NCBI GenBank assembly: GCA_051362555.1 | Contig: CM120640.1 | Location: 53,918,788 to 53,982,787 of the forward strand | From: Lingula anatina | Lineage: Eukaryota > Animalia > Brachiopoda | Reading direction: 5' to 3' | Length of the DNA stretch: 64,000 nucleotides | Part shown: one piece after another, positions 1 to 12,685 of the stretch | Layout: the number at the start of each line of letters is the position of its first letter | Position numbering within the stretch: the stretch's first letter is position 1 | Made by a program: the position numbers and the translations under genes | Notes under the pieces: model-generated | Database searches by the model: none | What the model saw: the letters and a program-made list of their open reading frames with translations, nothing else | Told to the model about the DNA's origin: nothing

Positions 1-1610
1 GTAGAGCAGTATAATTGATGTCACTTCATTGTAAAGTACCTGTTCACATCGTCTCCACACCTGGACCATCGTGATCAATATTAATTTTTGTTGCCTATGT
101 AAACAATCATGTTGCTGGCACATAGGGACTAGGTGACAGAATACAACTGTGTTCATTTCTCGGAGACAAACAATGAACATACAGCTGCTTACACAGCATC
201 ACTTATTTGTAATTTCTAATAGCTAGCCTAGACTCACCTATAATGTAGTCACAAGTATCAAAAAGGATAGACAGGATACAATGCAAATACCACTATCTAT
301 ATCCACAAATGTTGAACTTGTTTTTTATTCCATGAATTTGAAAGTATCCTTCACATAAGTTAAAAACAAAAATGTCTTACTCATCACGTTCCAATATATC
401 ATATCTTTAGATATATATTATGTTTAGTTCATGTTGTCTCTAACAGATTACACAGAATCAAATACACTAAATATCAGCACCAACTTTCCTGAATTCCTGA
501 ATCACTTAACACGGACTGCAAAAATATCAGCCATTGAAAGCATTGCTTATTTAATCATTCCCCCCCCCCCCAAAAAAAAAAAAAAATCTTACTGTTACAA
601 TATTTTAAAGCAAATTTATCAAAGCTTATCTGTTAAATAAACTATATGCATCCCAAATTAACCTTTTAACCTGTTACTAGAACAGAACAGAGAGTAAATG
701 AGCAATAATGTCATTTCAGTAAAAAAAAATATTACAAAAGTCAAAATTTGTTTACAATTAAAAATGCTTGTGTATAGCAAGAAGTCTTTTATTTTTATCA
801 CAAATAGTTAATCTTATTCCTATATTCTTTATAGGTAGAAAATGTACACCTCACTTATCCCAACCCATTATAAACAAAGCAGACATTTTGAAATATTTTG
901 TTATGTTATCCTCTGGACAATTGCCTTTTATAATGAGTTCATTGGTGTGACATGTTTGCCTTTCTTATCTGAATAGTAATATTAGCAGTGTGTGTATGTG
1001 TGTATACACATATGCATGTGTGAATGTGCATGTGTGTGTTACACTGTGTATGAGAGAAAGAGAAAAAAACAACTATGAACAGTCTATAGTTCAAATGCCA
1101 TTCCACATGCTTTCAAAGCTAAGCAAAAACAAGGCAGCACATTTATAAGTTGTCAAATGGACAGACATACCAATGACAAAACTGATAGCAGCAGTGACAT
1201 TAACACGGTCTGAAAACAACGAACCACTTAAATGATGACAGTTAACTAAATATATATCAATTGGTCAATTTTGATGAACACAATATATGCTGTAAACTAG
1301 GTCATTCGGACCACCAGTTTCTTAAAATCTACGGGTCCAAATGAAAATTTCAATCAGACAGGACATTTACCCATATTACAAACTAATACTAACAATAACA
1401 AAACCTTGATTTTGCCAAACCTTTTTGGAGCACTTTCACCTATGGAGACGCATTTGAAAACCTTTTGGGAAAAAGTTAGTATTTTATTTTTAAAATCTAC
1501 TGGCCTTGTCAGACCACTTAATTCACTCAATCTGAAAAATCTACTGGTATGCATACAATTTTACTCGTCATTGGTATCTGACCAGTAGCTTATACCATAG
1601 ACTGTGCACA

Positions 1611-1672
1611 ATATTATATTATATTATATTATATTATATTATATTATATTATATTATATTATATTATATTAT
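1611..1672. repeat. (ATATT)n microsatellite
   Basis: Perfect pentanucleotide tandem run read directly. Confidence 0.95.
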
Positions 1673-2673
1673 AAAACGCCTAGCAGCATGATCATCAAAA
1701 ATTTTTAATTTTATGCCACATTGGACATCAAAAGAATGTAAATAGCACAGAGCCTAAGACCTATGGGAATTTTTAGTCATACCTGAAATATGGCAAAAAT
1801 TAAACATTACAAAATAAAGATTAAAAAACATTTTTTTTTCCAATCAGGTTGTTTGTTATACGTTACATGTATTTTAGTCCAATAAAATATGAGAATAATA
1901 AGTGACACAATTTTCCTTTTGTATATATGATTCTGCACAAAATGATTTTTGTCAATAAGAAACATGTACCAAGATAAGTCACTGATCTTGTGAAGTATGA
2001 AGGAGGGTGAAGTTAACTCGGTTAGCAAGTGCAATACCTCATGGCTAAAAGTTAACAGATTTATCTATATATAGATATATTTCTGGTTGTTTAATCTGTA
2101 TAATTCTGTTGAATTACATTCTGTTGCACAACAGCATGTACATACATTTACCATGTTTTGTATAACACTATTGCATTGCCTCCTTAAATGACATTCTCAG
2201 CGCATACATAGCTTCATTATGGATGAAGGTAAAAGATAGTAACTCTACCTCGGTATACAGGATTTACCTGCCAAAATGAATATTCCTCAAGGGGGGGGGG
2301 GGGGGGAATAAAGCAATTTTCTCTTACTCAAACCATTGCTCATCCCATCCGTCTTTGGATTTTATGTTTTGTTCCTTTTTAAATTTAATGATTGTCTTTA
2401 TTTCAGATTAAACTATCGATACCAAGTACCTTTACTTTAGAGGTTTTATCATTTCAAGCAGCTTCGCAGGATATGCAGACATAGAAAATATGACTGTGGG
2501 AATATTTTAATGTATGCAGTATACAGGGAAACTTTCACCCAACCTCAAGCAGATTCTCACACTGGAAAGCTAAGTACTAGCAAGGATGTATATTGAATAT
2601 ATGTCCTTGGTACACTAAAACTAGGGCATTCAATAACTCATCACCTAGCCCAAATTATGTGGACCATATTACG

Positions 2674-3266
2674 TGGAAATATCGGTACTTTTGTAGTATA
2701 CCCCCCCACCCTGTAACTTCCTGAAACTTTCATTTTTCAAACATTTTTTTACATTGTCTTTTTCACCTATGTCAAAACTGTTGAAATAAAATGTTTTTGT
2801 AATTACCTGTGGTCTTTTTATTAGTTTTAATCACGTTTAATCCACCCCATTGAAATACAATGTGAAAATTTACAATGTACCCGCAGTCAATAACTTGCCG
2901 CGTTTTCGTTGGCTAACTCTACCTTATTTTATGTGAACATAGGATTGATACATTGTATACTTGGACTTTCTCTGTGAAATTATTATGAGCTACTTGTTCA
3001 CATAAAATTACCTTTGAGTTAGCCAACGAAAACGCGGCAAGTTATTGACTGCGGGTGTAAATTGAAGATTCTAACTTTGTATTTCAATGGGCTGGATTAA
3101 ACGTGATTAAAACAAATAAAAAGTCCACAGGTAATTACAAAAGCATTTTATTTCAACAGCTTTGACATACATGAACAAGAAAATGTAAAAAACTGTTTGA
3201 AAAGTGAAAGTTACAGAAAGTTACAGGGTGGGGGGGTATATACTACAAAAGTACCGAAATATCACC
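2674..3266. mobile_element. Foldback/MITE-like near-palindromic element
   Basis: Left arm ~2674-2940 (atcggtacttttgtagtatacccccccaccctgtaac...gcgttttcgttggctaactc) is the reverse complement of right arm ~2995-3266 (gagttagccaacgaaaacgc...gggtgggggggtatatactacaaaagtaccg), with scattered mismatches and a ~55 nt spacer. No coding capacity; TSD not resolved. Confidence 0.8.
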
Positions 3267-3990
3267 TGGCCCACATTTTATGAAAAAAAGCCAAGATATG
3301 TAGTTTCTATGCTTGTGTACATTATACTGTGTTTTAAAAGAGACAAAATATCAAATATCATACCTTGCCTACATGTAAATGTAACCATGGCTTGGCAGTT
3401 CTCACACTTTGGTCAGTCGTTTAGTTATGTGCAAAGGGTCAAGCGATGTCATATACACAGCAAAAGCAGACCAATCACTTAACTATACAATAAATATTGC
3501 AAGTGACTGCAGTGCTGATACTAAACATTGTTACACTCTTACTCTTCGCAAGTCTACTCGTTGATTCAATCAATCATGAAACAATTTCTTAAACTTCAAT
3601 CATTTTGTTTTTCAAATAAGGCTTACTGAGTGTAAATAACCAGCAACAGTAAAAGCTATACAAAAATGCAGTTGTACACAAAAAAAAAAAATTATAACTA
3701 AATTATATGCTCGAGAAAATCGGTAAGCGTCAAAGCTCATTTACCTGCAGCAGTTCCAAGCATCCGCGTTTTCAAACGACCTTGAACTTCATAACGTAAA
3801 TATAATTATATTCAAATTAATGCTGCAACATAACGTTCAACTCTCCCAAACACACATTAAGTGAAACAAAATGCAATAAATCTAATTCAACATCAAACCA
3901 GTTTTCCATTCCACAACAGGTGTCAGTAAATGAGCCAAAAGATAATAACGGAAGTAAAGTCGATTTCGAGGTTATGTCCTTTAAACAAGC

Positions 3991-6900
3991 ATGGCGGACA
4001 CAACAGACCGAGACACGAGAGATGTTAATTTTTCTGATCTTGGACTTAGCCTTTGGTTATCAACCCAGTGTAAGGCTGTCGGGCTGGGGAATCCAACACC
4101 AATCCAATTTAACTGCATACCAGCAATATTGAAGGGTGAGTTTGGGAATCTGAATTTACCATATCCACTTGAAATTAATTCAACAGATTTTACTCGGATT
4201 TTTGATTGTTGTTAAGTCAGTGGGATTATGGCCAACCAGCTATCATTCAGCTTATTATAAACTGCTAAGGAACAGCCTCTGTGGCTGCATGCACATTTGA
4301 CAGTCACGTACATGTCGCAAACAATCCTTAGTTCATAACAATAAAAGACATTGTCATTGTATTAAATTTTATTACAAATCAAGTAATTTATGATTAATAT
4401 TATTTAATTTAGGTCAAGACTGTATTGGATGTGCCAAAACTGGAAGTGGGAAAACTGCTGCATTTGCATTGCCTATCCTCCAGAAATTAGCTGAAGATCC
4501 ATTTGGGATTTTTGCTCTTATAATTACCCCTACAAGGTTGAATTATTATTATTATTATTATTATTATGTGCAAACTGGTGCTCATGAGAGGTGTTTTGAG
4601 ACATTTGCTTTCATGATTTAATACAGCATAGATAGCAAAATCATCAAATAAGAGTGTGAATGCATGAATTTCGTACTAATGTAGAATTACATAGATCTGG
4701 TGGTGATCCATTTATTTAGTAATCATGAGAAATTGGCTATGTTGGTTTAGGTCTGTGCTGTCTAAGTGATTTTCTGACGTATGTTTTAAAAAAGATTCTT
4801 GTCAAGTTGTCATAAATATTTTTGCATCAAGATATATGATAATGATATGACAATAAATCAGACATGAGCTTTTGATCCAAGATTACCACATAGTCAAAGC
4901 CACTGTAAATATCAGTGCTGTGCTTTCTAGGTCAAAATGTTGGTTCATGCTGATTGATTGTTTTGTCACACAATTGATGTTCTAATTTTTTGTTATCACA
5001 GGTTTGTGCTTGGTAAATGGATGCATGTAGTTAACTTTTGAACAGATACTTGTGAAATATGAATATAATTAATTTTTTGTAGTTGTGTTCATATTTTGAT
5101 TTGAGTTATAGGAATTCTTGCTAGCAACAAGTGTATTTATGTTTTTTTCAGAGAATTGGCCTTCCAGATAGCGGAACAATTCCAGGTACTAGGGAAACCA
5201 ATTGGCATCCGTGTCGTCACAATAACTGGAGGGCTTGGTAAGATATCTGTTTCTAGACTTTTACTACATTCATGTAAATAAAAATACAAAAGGTTTGTAG
5301 CAATCTTAGTATTCAAACACCAGTTGAAATAACTGGTACTGATCATTTCACTTTATAACATATGAGACCGCATCCACAACTAGTTTGTCAAAGACCACAT
5401 GAACTTGTAGTATAATAACTGAATATTCATAAAATACAGATCGGGTTCGAAAATCACCTTGATCGCACCATTTCTCCAAAAGGTTTTTTTTTTCAGCATG
5501 TATGCAATTCAGATAACACGTAAATTAGTGAAAAGTTGACTTATTGCCTTCAAAGCTACAGGAGTGATCATTATTACCAAAATACAGGTTGAGATCAAAT
5601 ACCAACCTGATTGGTTTATTTTTCTTGAAGATGTGCAATTTTTGTGAAAGGCTTTTCTGCTGTCTTGTTCTGTAATTATAGTTACTGGCTTTTCTTGCAG
5701 ATATGATGCAACAAGGTTTAGATATAACAGAAAGACCCCATATTTTAATATCAACACCTGGGAGACTGGCAGACCATTTGGAAAGCTGCAAAACATTCAG
5801 TTTAAAGAAAATAAAATTTTTAGTAAGTTGCCATTGAATGATATGCTCCGTATAGAGATTACTTGCATCTAGATGTATGGTAAACATGAAAATAGTATTA
5901 TGAATATGAAGTCGGCTAAAAGACAGGTGAACCCATTGGAGTAAAACCATAGATATTTGACTTAACCTGTTTTCAGGTTTAATGGAAACTTATTTATACT
6001 ACTTAACTAGGTATTAGATGAGGCAGACAGGCTACTCGAAGACGACTTTGGGGAACAACTTCAAGTAATATTTTCTGCCCTGCCACAAAAACGTCAGACA
6101 TTACTTTTTAGTGCCACCATCACAGAAACTCTCAAACAACTACAAGAGGTAGCCATGAATAAACCCTTTTCTTGGCAGTCCTCATCAGAGTAAGTAATGA
6201 TAAGTCAATGTATAGATTATGAAAAATATGATATCTTGATTTCAACAGGGCAGTTTTTTTTTCTTTAAGGAGTAGTACATCATCATTATATTTAGATTAT
6301 ACTTTCAAAAGATTTAAGATATTACTAACGATTCAATTTTTGCTGTAGTCCTCATTGGGTGTGGCTTACTAAAGGTTGATATAAAATCATATTGTATTAG
6401 CAAGTAAAGCATGGCGTAACGGAAGTTATTATTTAATGAACAAAATCTTTTCTCAACAATATGTTCATAACTATGCACAGCAAAATGTCATGTCACCATT
6501 AATGACACAGATGGTGGCTAGGTGCAAAGTGAGGCTTCCTTAACACCTCTTTATACCCCAAATGTACAAATAATATAGAAATAATGCAGTGAAATTTTTA
6601 ACCATTTAGATTACAGAACTTTTGTTCATTGAATGATTATCTTAATTTATTGTTGACATAAGACTATTATTATAATAGCAGATTAACCGAAGTCTCCTTT
6701 TCACGTTTTTCTCCCAAACTACCTTAGGGTAGTGGGATTATAGTGGCCCTAGTTTGAATTTGATAATGACTGTTAAAAGTATATTTTGAAAGCATTTTCT
6801 AGATTTTTGCAATTTTCGTAAAGCTTTGGCATGTGCGACATATATGTGACAGGTATCATATATTGTCAATAACACTTCAGCAGATAGCCCAGTGGTAACG

Positions 6901-9900
6901 GGTCTGTGGTAATGTCCTTGGCTCCCAAACTTGGCAGACTGGGTTCGATTCCCATTCAGTGGTGTTTTTTCTTTTATTTTTTTAAAAATTATTATCATGG
7001 TTCAATGATTGATGTGATGGGTATCAGCTGGTATGTATTAAAATGTGTTTATGGTATATTTCAGAGTTATCACGGTTGAACAGCTAGATCAGCGCTATGT
7101 TCTCATGTCTGCTGATGTCAAAGATGCTTATCTTATTCACATATTAACCAAATATACATCAGAAAATGACAAGAGTTCCATTATGATATTCACAAATACT
7201 TGCAAGTAAGTCATTTTCATTATTAGATATGAGAGGCAAAGATAATGGATTCATGAATTTGAGGTCTGATAAATATTGACAGGTAACATCATGAACAGTT
7301 TTTGGGCCAATTAGAGAAAAAGTAACATTTATCAATCAGACTACAATAATGTCAGATGCCATTGAAGGATATTGGCCTTTGGGAATAATTTATTTATTAA
7401 AACAAATATTGGCTTGAGTTTGGACCATATGTTGTTTGCTGCAACTGGCCAAGTTTTCTGAGATCTGCAAAACAACATGGCAGGATATGTCGGTATGACT
7501 TTGCTGTAATATGGAAGCTGAGAGGTTTAAAGAACTGTTCATATCTGATGATATTTTGCTTATGTAATATTACTGTTTCAGGTTGTATTAATGGCATTAG
7601 GGACTGCAGCCACCATTAAATTGTATTAAGCAAATGCTGCCCCTCAGAAATCCTGTGTATTGCTTCAGAACAATGAATTTACTACTAACATATCTCCAAC
7701 TGAGCAAAGTGTTTTCTTTTTCAACTTTTTTTTTTAGGTATTGCCAGATCTTAGCCATGATGTGCAGAGAACTTGGTCTCCCATGCGTTGCCATTCACTC
7801 CATGCTTCCACAGAAACAGCGTCTTGCTGCATTAGCCAAGTTCAAATCTAACCAAGTCAAAGTTCTGATTGCAACAGACGTGGCTAGCAGGTAATTGGCA
7901 TGTTATAGTGGATACAGTATTGAAGCGAGTAGATAAATGCCTTATCATGTAAAGATTATGCTGCATTTTTTTTGTAAAATAATATGTGAACAATATGTGG
8001 ACTTAAACCCATTCAGGGCAGTCAGTCAATCCTCATTGTTGAGCCCTGAGATGTGTGCAAAATTGAAGCACAGTGGAGCATTATTCAAAAACTAAATAAT
8101 AATATTGCCAGTTTTTCTTTTATTTTCAGAGGTTTAGACATTCCTACAGTTGATTTGATTATAAATCACAATGTGCCAACCAGACCAAAGGATTATGTTC
8201 ACAGGGTTGGAAGGACAGCTAGGGCAGGTACAAAATCTTTTTTTTTTTTTTTACTAAAATCTTAGGTTACTAAGACTCTGGTAGTTATGTTGTGCTTTAC
8301 AAAGAATCTGAAAGACTGCTTACCTTATTTTATTTGTCTAAAAATTTAGATCCTGGTCAGAAACTCAAGTATCTTTGGGAGCTGTCTAAACTCAGTTAAA
8401 CAACTAAAACACATTAATTGATGGCACAATCAACAAATTACCTTTTACAGCATGCTCTCATTGAGTGTGAATAAATCTGTTTTGTCTTATGTAAATTAAG
8501 TCTGTAATCTTTCATGACCGTAAGACACCATAAATTGTCATGTACAAAATTCCACCTCCTACTGTTGAAGTGTTCCTTGAGCACATGAGCTTAGAGAAAT
8601 TTGACCTTCCAACAGCCAGGAAGGTGAAATTTCGCAATTTCGTACTGATGATGTGAAATAGGGGCCAGGTTTCACCACTGTCAACACTGCCATATAGTCT
8701 TTATCTTTTAAAGACAGATATTAACTTTCTGTGGATTTTTATTCTGTTCTTGTTTTGTAGGAAGAGGAGGAATGTCAATGACCTTAGTTACACAATTTGA
8801 TATCAAGTTGGTACATGCAATCGAAGATTTTATTAGTGAGTATCCTTTTGTGTGCAGACATAAGTTTCTATACATATCACCATCATCTTTGTCCAAAGGA
8901 ACGATTTGATCAAAAATGGGCTGTATGGAAAAATCTTTTTGAAAAAGTGGATTAGAATTAAACTATGTATATAGTTAATTACTTTCCATCTTCTGTTTGC
9001 ACATATGTGTATATATATTTTTTCATTCTTGTTTTGATTTCTCTCTCCTGTATTTGTAAGCCCTTTTTTTAATTAATTTTTTTTAAATCTCTGTCTGCCC
9101 ACATTGCTAGAGCTGTGGCTAAAGACTGGAAGGAAGGAGGTCCAAAGTTGGACAGGAGGCATGTACCTTTCAGGCTACCACAATAACTGAAAGCAATGTT
9201 TTCATTTTCCTTGATCCTCATAAAGATTAATTATTCTCCTAAACTGCCAGTCAAGTTCAAAATGGACATAAGCAGTAATTGTTTATATTTTTTCAATATT
9301 CTTTTTAAATATTCTTGGCCTTTTCCAATTTCCCAGGCCTATTATCTCCAAACTAGTTTCTCTATTAAGGGTTCAAAGTTCAATGTACAAGTGTTTGGGT
9401 CATCAGTTGGCTTTCATCCAAATTTTAATTAGTTATTATTTGTTCATTGGGATACCAAAATACAGGGAGGGGGGGGGGGGGGGGGGCTTTGTAAATTATA
9501 TTAGTTTCAGCAGTGAGGTATCATTTGTTTTAATTGATCATACCTGGGAAAGTATTTGACTGGCTTGGTCAGTTTTGCCATACAGAGCAAGGAGGAACAG
9601 TTAACACTACTGGTATTGGATAGTGGTGGTCTTCACTTTTCCCCCAACTGTTGCAGTGACTAATCTTTTGAAGACTTGCTTGAATTAGATATTTTAGACA
9701 TCAGAAATTTTCAAATCATTCATACATTCAAACTTAGTCTAGAGAAGATATGTGCTTGGTTAAACATCATCTTACTGGCCAAGTCTTCATATTCATCTTT
9801 TTATGTACAGACACAGATGTGTCTGTACATATAGCCATCATCTGCGTCTGTCGTCGCCGTCGTCGCTGTCGCCGTCGTCGCCGTCGTCGCCGTCGCCGTG

Positions 9901-12648
9901 CACTTTTACCGATAACACGATAAGTGGAAAACCATTTTGCCTTTTGATTTGAAACTTACAGTACCGATGAATATTCATAATACGCAGGTCGAGTTCGAAA
10001 ATCAGCATGATCGGGTCACTTATAGGGAATTTATGCTGTTTTTTCACTTTTTTCAGCATATATGCAGCACCGATAACACGATAAGTGGAAAACCAATTTA
10101 CCTTTTGGCTTGAAACTTACAGAACTGATGAATATTCATAATACGCAGGTCAAGTTCGAAAATCAGCGTGATTGGGTCATTTTTAGTGAATTTAGGCTAT
10201 TTTTTCTCTTTTTTCAGCATATATGCAGCACCGATAACACCATAAATGGAAAACCATTTGACCTTTTGGCTTGAAACCTACAGAACTGATGAATATTCAT
10301 AATACGCAGGTCAAGTTCGAAAATCAGCATGATTGGGTCATTTTTAGTGAATTTAGGCTATTTTTTCACTTTTTTTCAGCATTTTTGCAACACTGATAAC
10401 ACAATAAATGAAGAGCTGTTTTACCCTTTGGCTTGAAACTTACAGAACTGATAAATATTCATAATACGCAGGTCAAGTTTGAAAATCAGCACGATCGGGT
10501 CACTTATAGGGAATTTATGCTGTTTTTTTTTCACTTTTTTCAGTATATATGCAACACTGATAACACAATATAAGAAAAACAGATTGGCCAATTGTCATTA
10601 TACTCACAGGAGGGGCCAATCTTACTAAAACGCAGGTTGAGTTTGAAAATCAGCATAATCAGTCCATTATTTTAAAAGGTAATGCTGTTTTTTCACATTT
10701 CCTCACATTCAATTCTTAGGCATGTTAACAGTCTCATTATTGAACTAATAAGATACGTAAATGTGTTTGTTTGGCATTTCCTGCATCTTTACAACATTGT
10801 TAGTTGATTTTGTAAAAATGATGGTAAACTTGTTATCATGTATTGTGTAATAAAGTGTCAAAAATGGAAATAAACTCATATCATTGCAGTTTGTCAGATG
10901 CATTCATCCACTATGTTCAGAATCTCAGAATGGAGGAAGTTGGGCATTTAAAACTGTTCTATTGATACTTTTCCCATCTCATCAATTTTCTTCATTGGTC
11001 ATATAAAAATGGCAGTAAACTGTTTATTTTGTTTTATGTTTAAAAAGTGTTAAAAATGGAAATAAACCCATTTCAGAACAGTGCTGTATTGTTTACATTT
11101 TGGCATTTTCAATATGTGACTTTGAAGTTCCATGGGCCTGAAGGCTTTTGCTAGTCACATTTTCTGAATAACCATGATACTAATATTTTATAATTAAAAA
11201 TTGATGGTCATTATGCTGTAAAACATTATGTAATATTGCATGAAAATTTGAAGAAACCCCTATTTTGGGCACTGCTCCCAAGATGACCATTTAAGGAAAA
11301 TCATGTCACTTACTGTTCTCAAACTTACAGGAAAGAAACATGGGACTAAAATACAGCTCCAGTAGGCAATGCAGTCTGTTTGGTAAATTTTTCTGGCAAT
11401 TAAACAGTTTTTTGTGAAAATTTAATTTTTCACTTATTGGCATTTTCAAGGTGTGACTTTGAAGTTCCATGATCCTGACGACCTTTGCTTGTCACATTTC
11501 CTGAATATCCGTGATACTAATATTTTATAATTAAAAATTGATGGTCATTATGCTGTTAAACATTATGTAATGTTGCATCAAAATTTGAAGAAACCCCTAT
11601 TTTGGGCACTGCTCCCATGATGACCATTTAACAAAAATCATGTCAATTACTGTTCTCAAACTTACAGGAAAGAAACATGGGTCTAAAATACAGCTTCAGT
11701 AGGCAATGCAGTCTGTTTGGTAAATTTTTCTGGCAATTAAACAGTGTTTTGTGAAAATTTAATTTTTCACATATTGACATTTCCAAGGTGCGACTTAGAA
11801 CCTCCACGGGCTTGAAGGCCCGTGCTAGTCACATTTTGTGAAAATCCATGACACTTATATTTTATTATTAAAAATCGATGGTCATTATGCTGTTAAGCAT
11901 TATGTAATGTTGCATCAAAATAGAAGAAAACACATGAAGCCAAATGGTAATCATATTTTCTACATGTCCATCCTATTTATAGTCAATAAACAAAAATTGG
12001 TGATAATTATTCTCTAATTTATTATGTAATGTTACATCAAAATTGACAATCTTTTCGCACTGCTACTGCAAACATTATGAAAAGAAAACTGTGCTACTTA
12101 TTATAATTTTAAACTTACAAGTACGATTTTTAGGATTGGCCTTCAGCTCATGAGAAAACCAGCTCTATTGGATTATCATGTTTATTGTATTTATGCATTT
12201 TTTGTGAAATTTTCATTTTTCTCAATCTGGCACTTTCTAAGTATAAACTTGAACTCTGATGGGCCTGAAGCCTTATGCTTTTACTTTCGTCTGTGTTACC
12301 TGTTGTGCATAAGTTGATGTTGACTGTGCAGTTAAACATAATGTATTATTGCATCAGGATTGGTATTCTCCTATTTTGGGCATTATGGTTTTGTGCTTTT
12401 CTTAAGGTGTGACTTATGGGCCTGAAGACCTTTGAGTGGGTCAGTCTGTAAATTACCCTTGGGTATCACTAGATTAATTTCAGAGTTATAAAGTCATTTG
12501 CTTTATAGGCCATTAAATGAGATTACGTAAAGCACACTTGTTGATATTTCCCTGTAAACTCCCAAAGGTAAAGCTCTTTGCTAGATTAATAATAAGGAAG
12601 CAGTGATAATTATGCAGGTAAATTTTGTTTAATATTGCAAATAAGTTT

Positions 12649-12685
<37 letters not shown>

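Noticed and set aside
2279-2350. ATATTCCT...AAACCAT resembling the m1/m2 motifs of U17/snR30 snoRNA
   Set aside because: No ACA box 7 nt after m2, a poly-G run lies between the motifs, and there is no supporting stem; likely chance.
9838-10059. ORF with a GDD-rich tail (also the poly-I ORF 24266..24571, poly-P ORF 20217..20441 and ER-repeat ORF 45368..45643)
   Set aside because: Produced by microsatellites or homopolymer runs within repeats.
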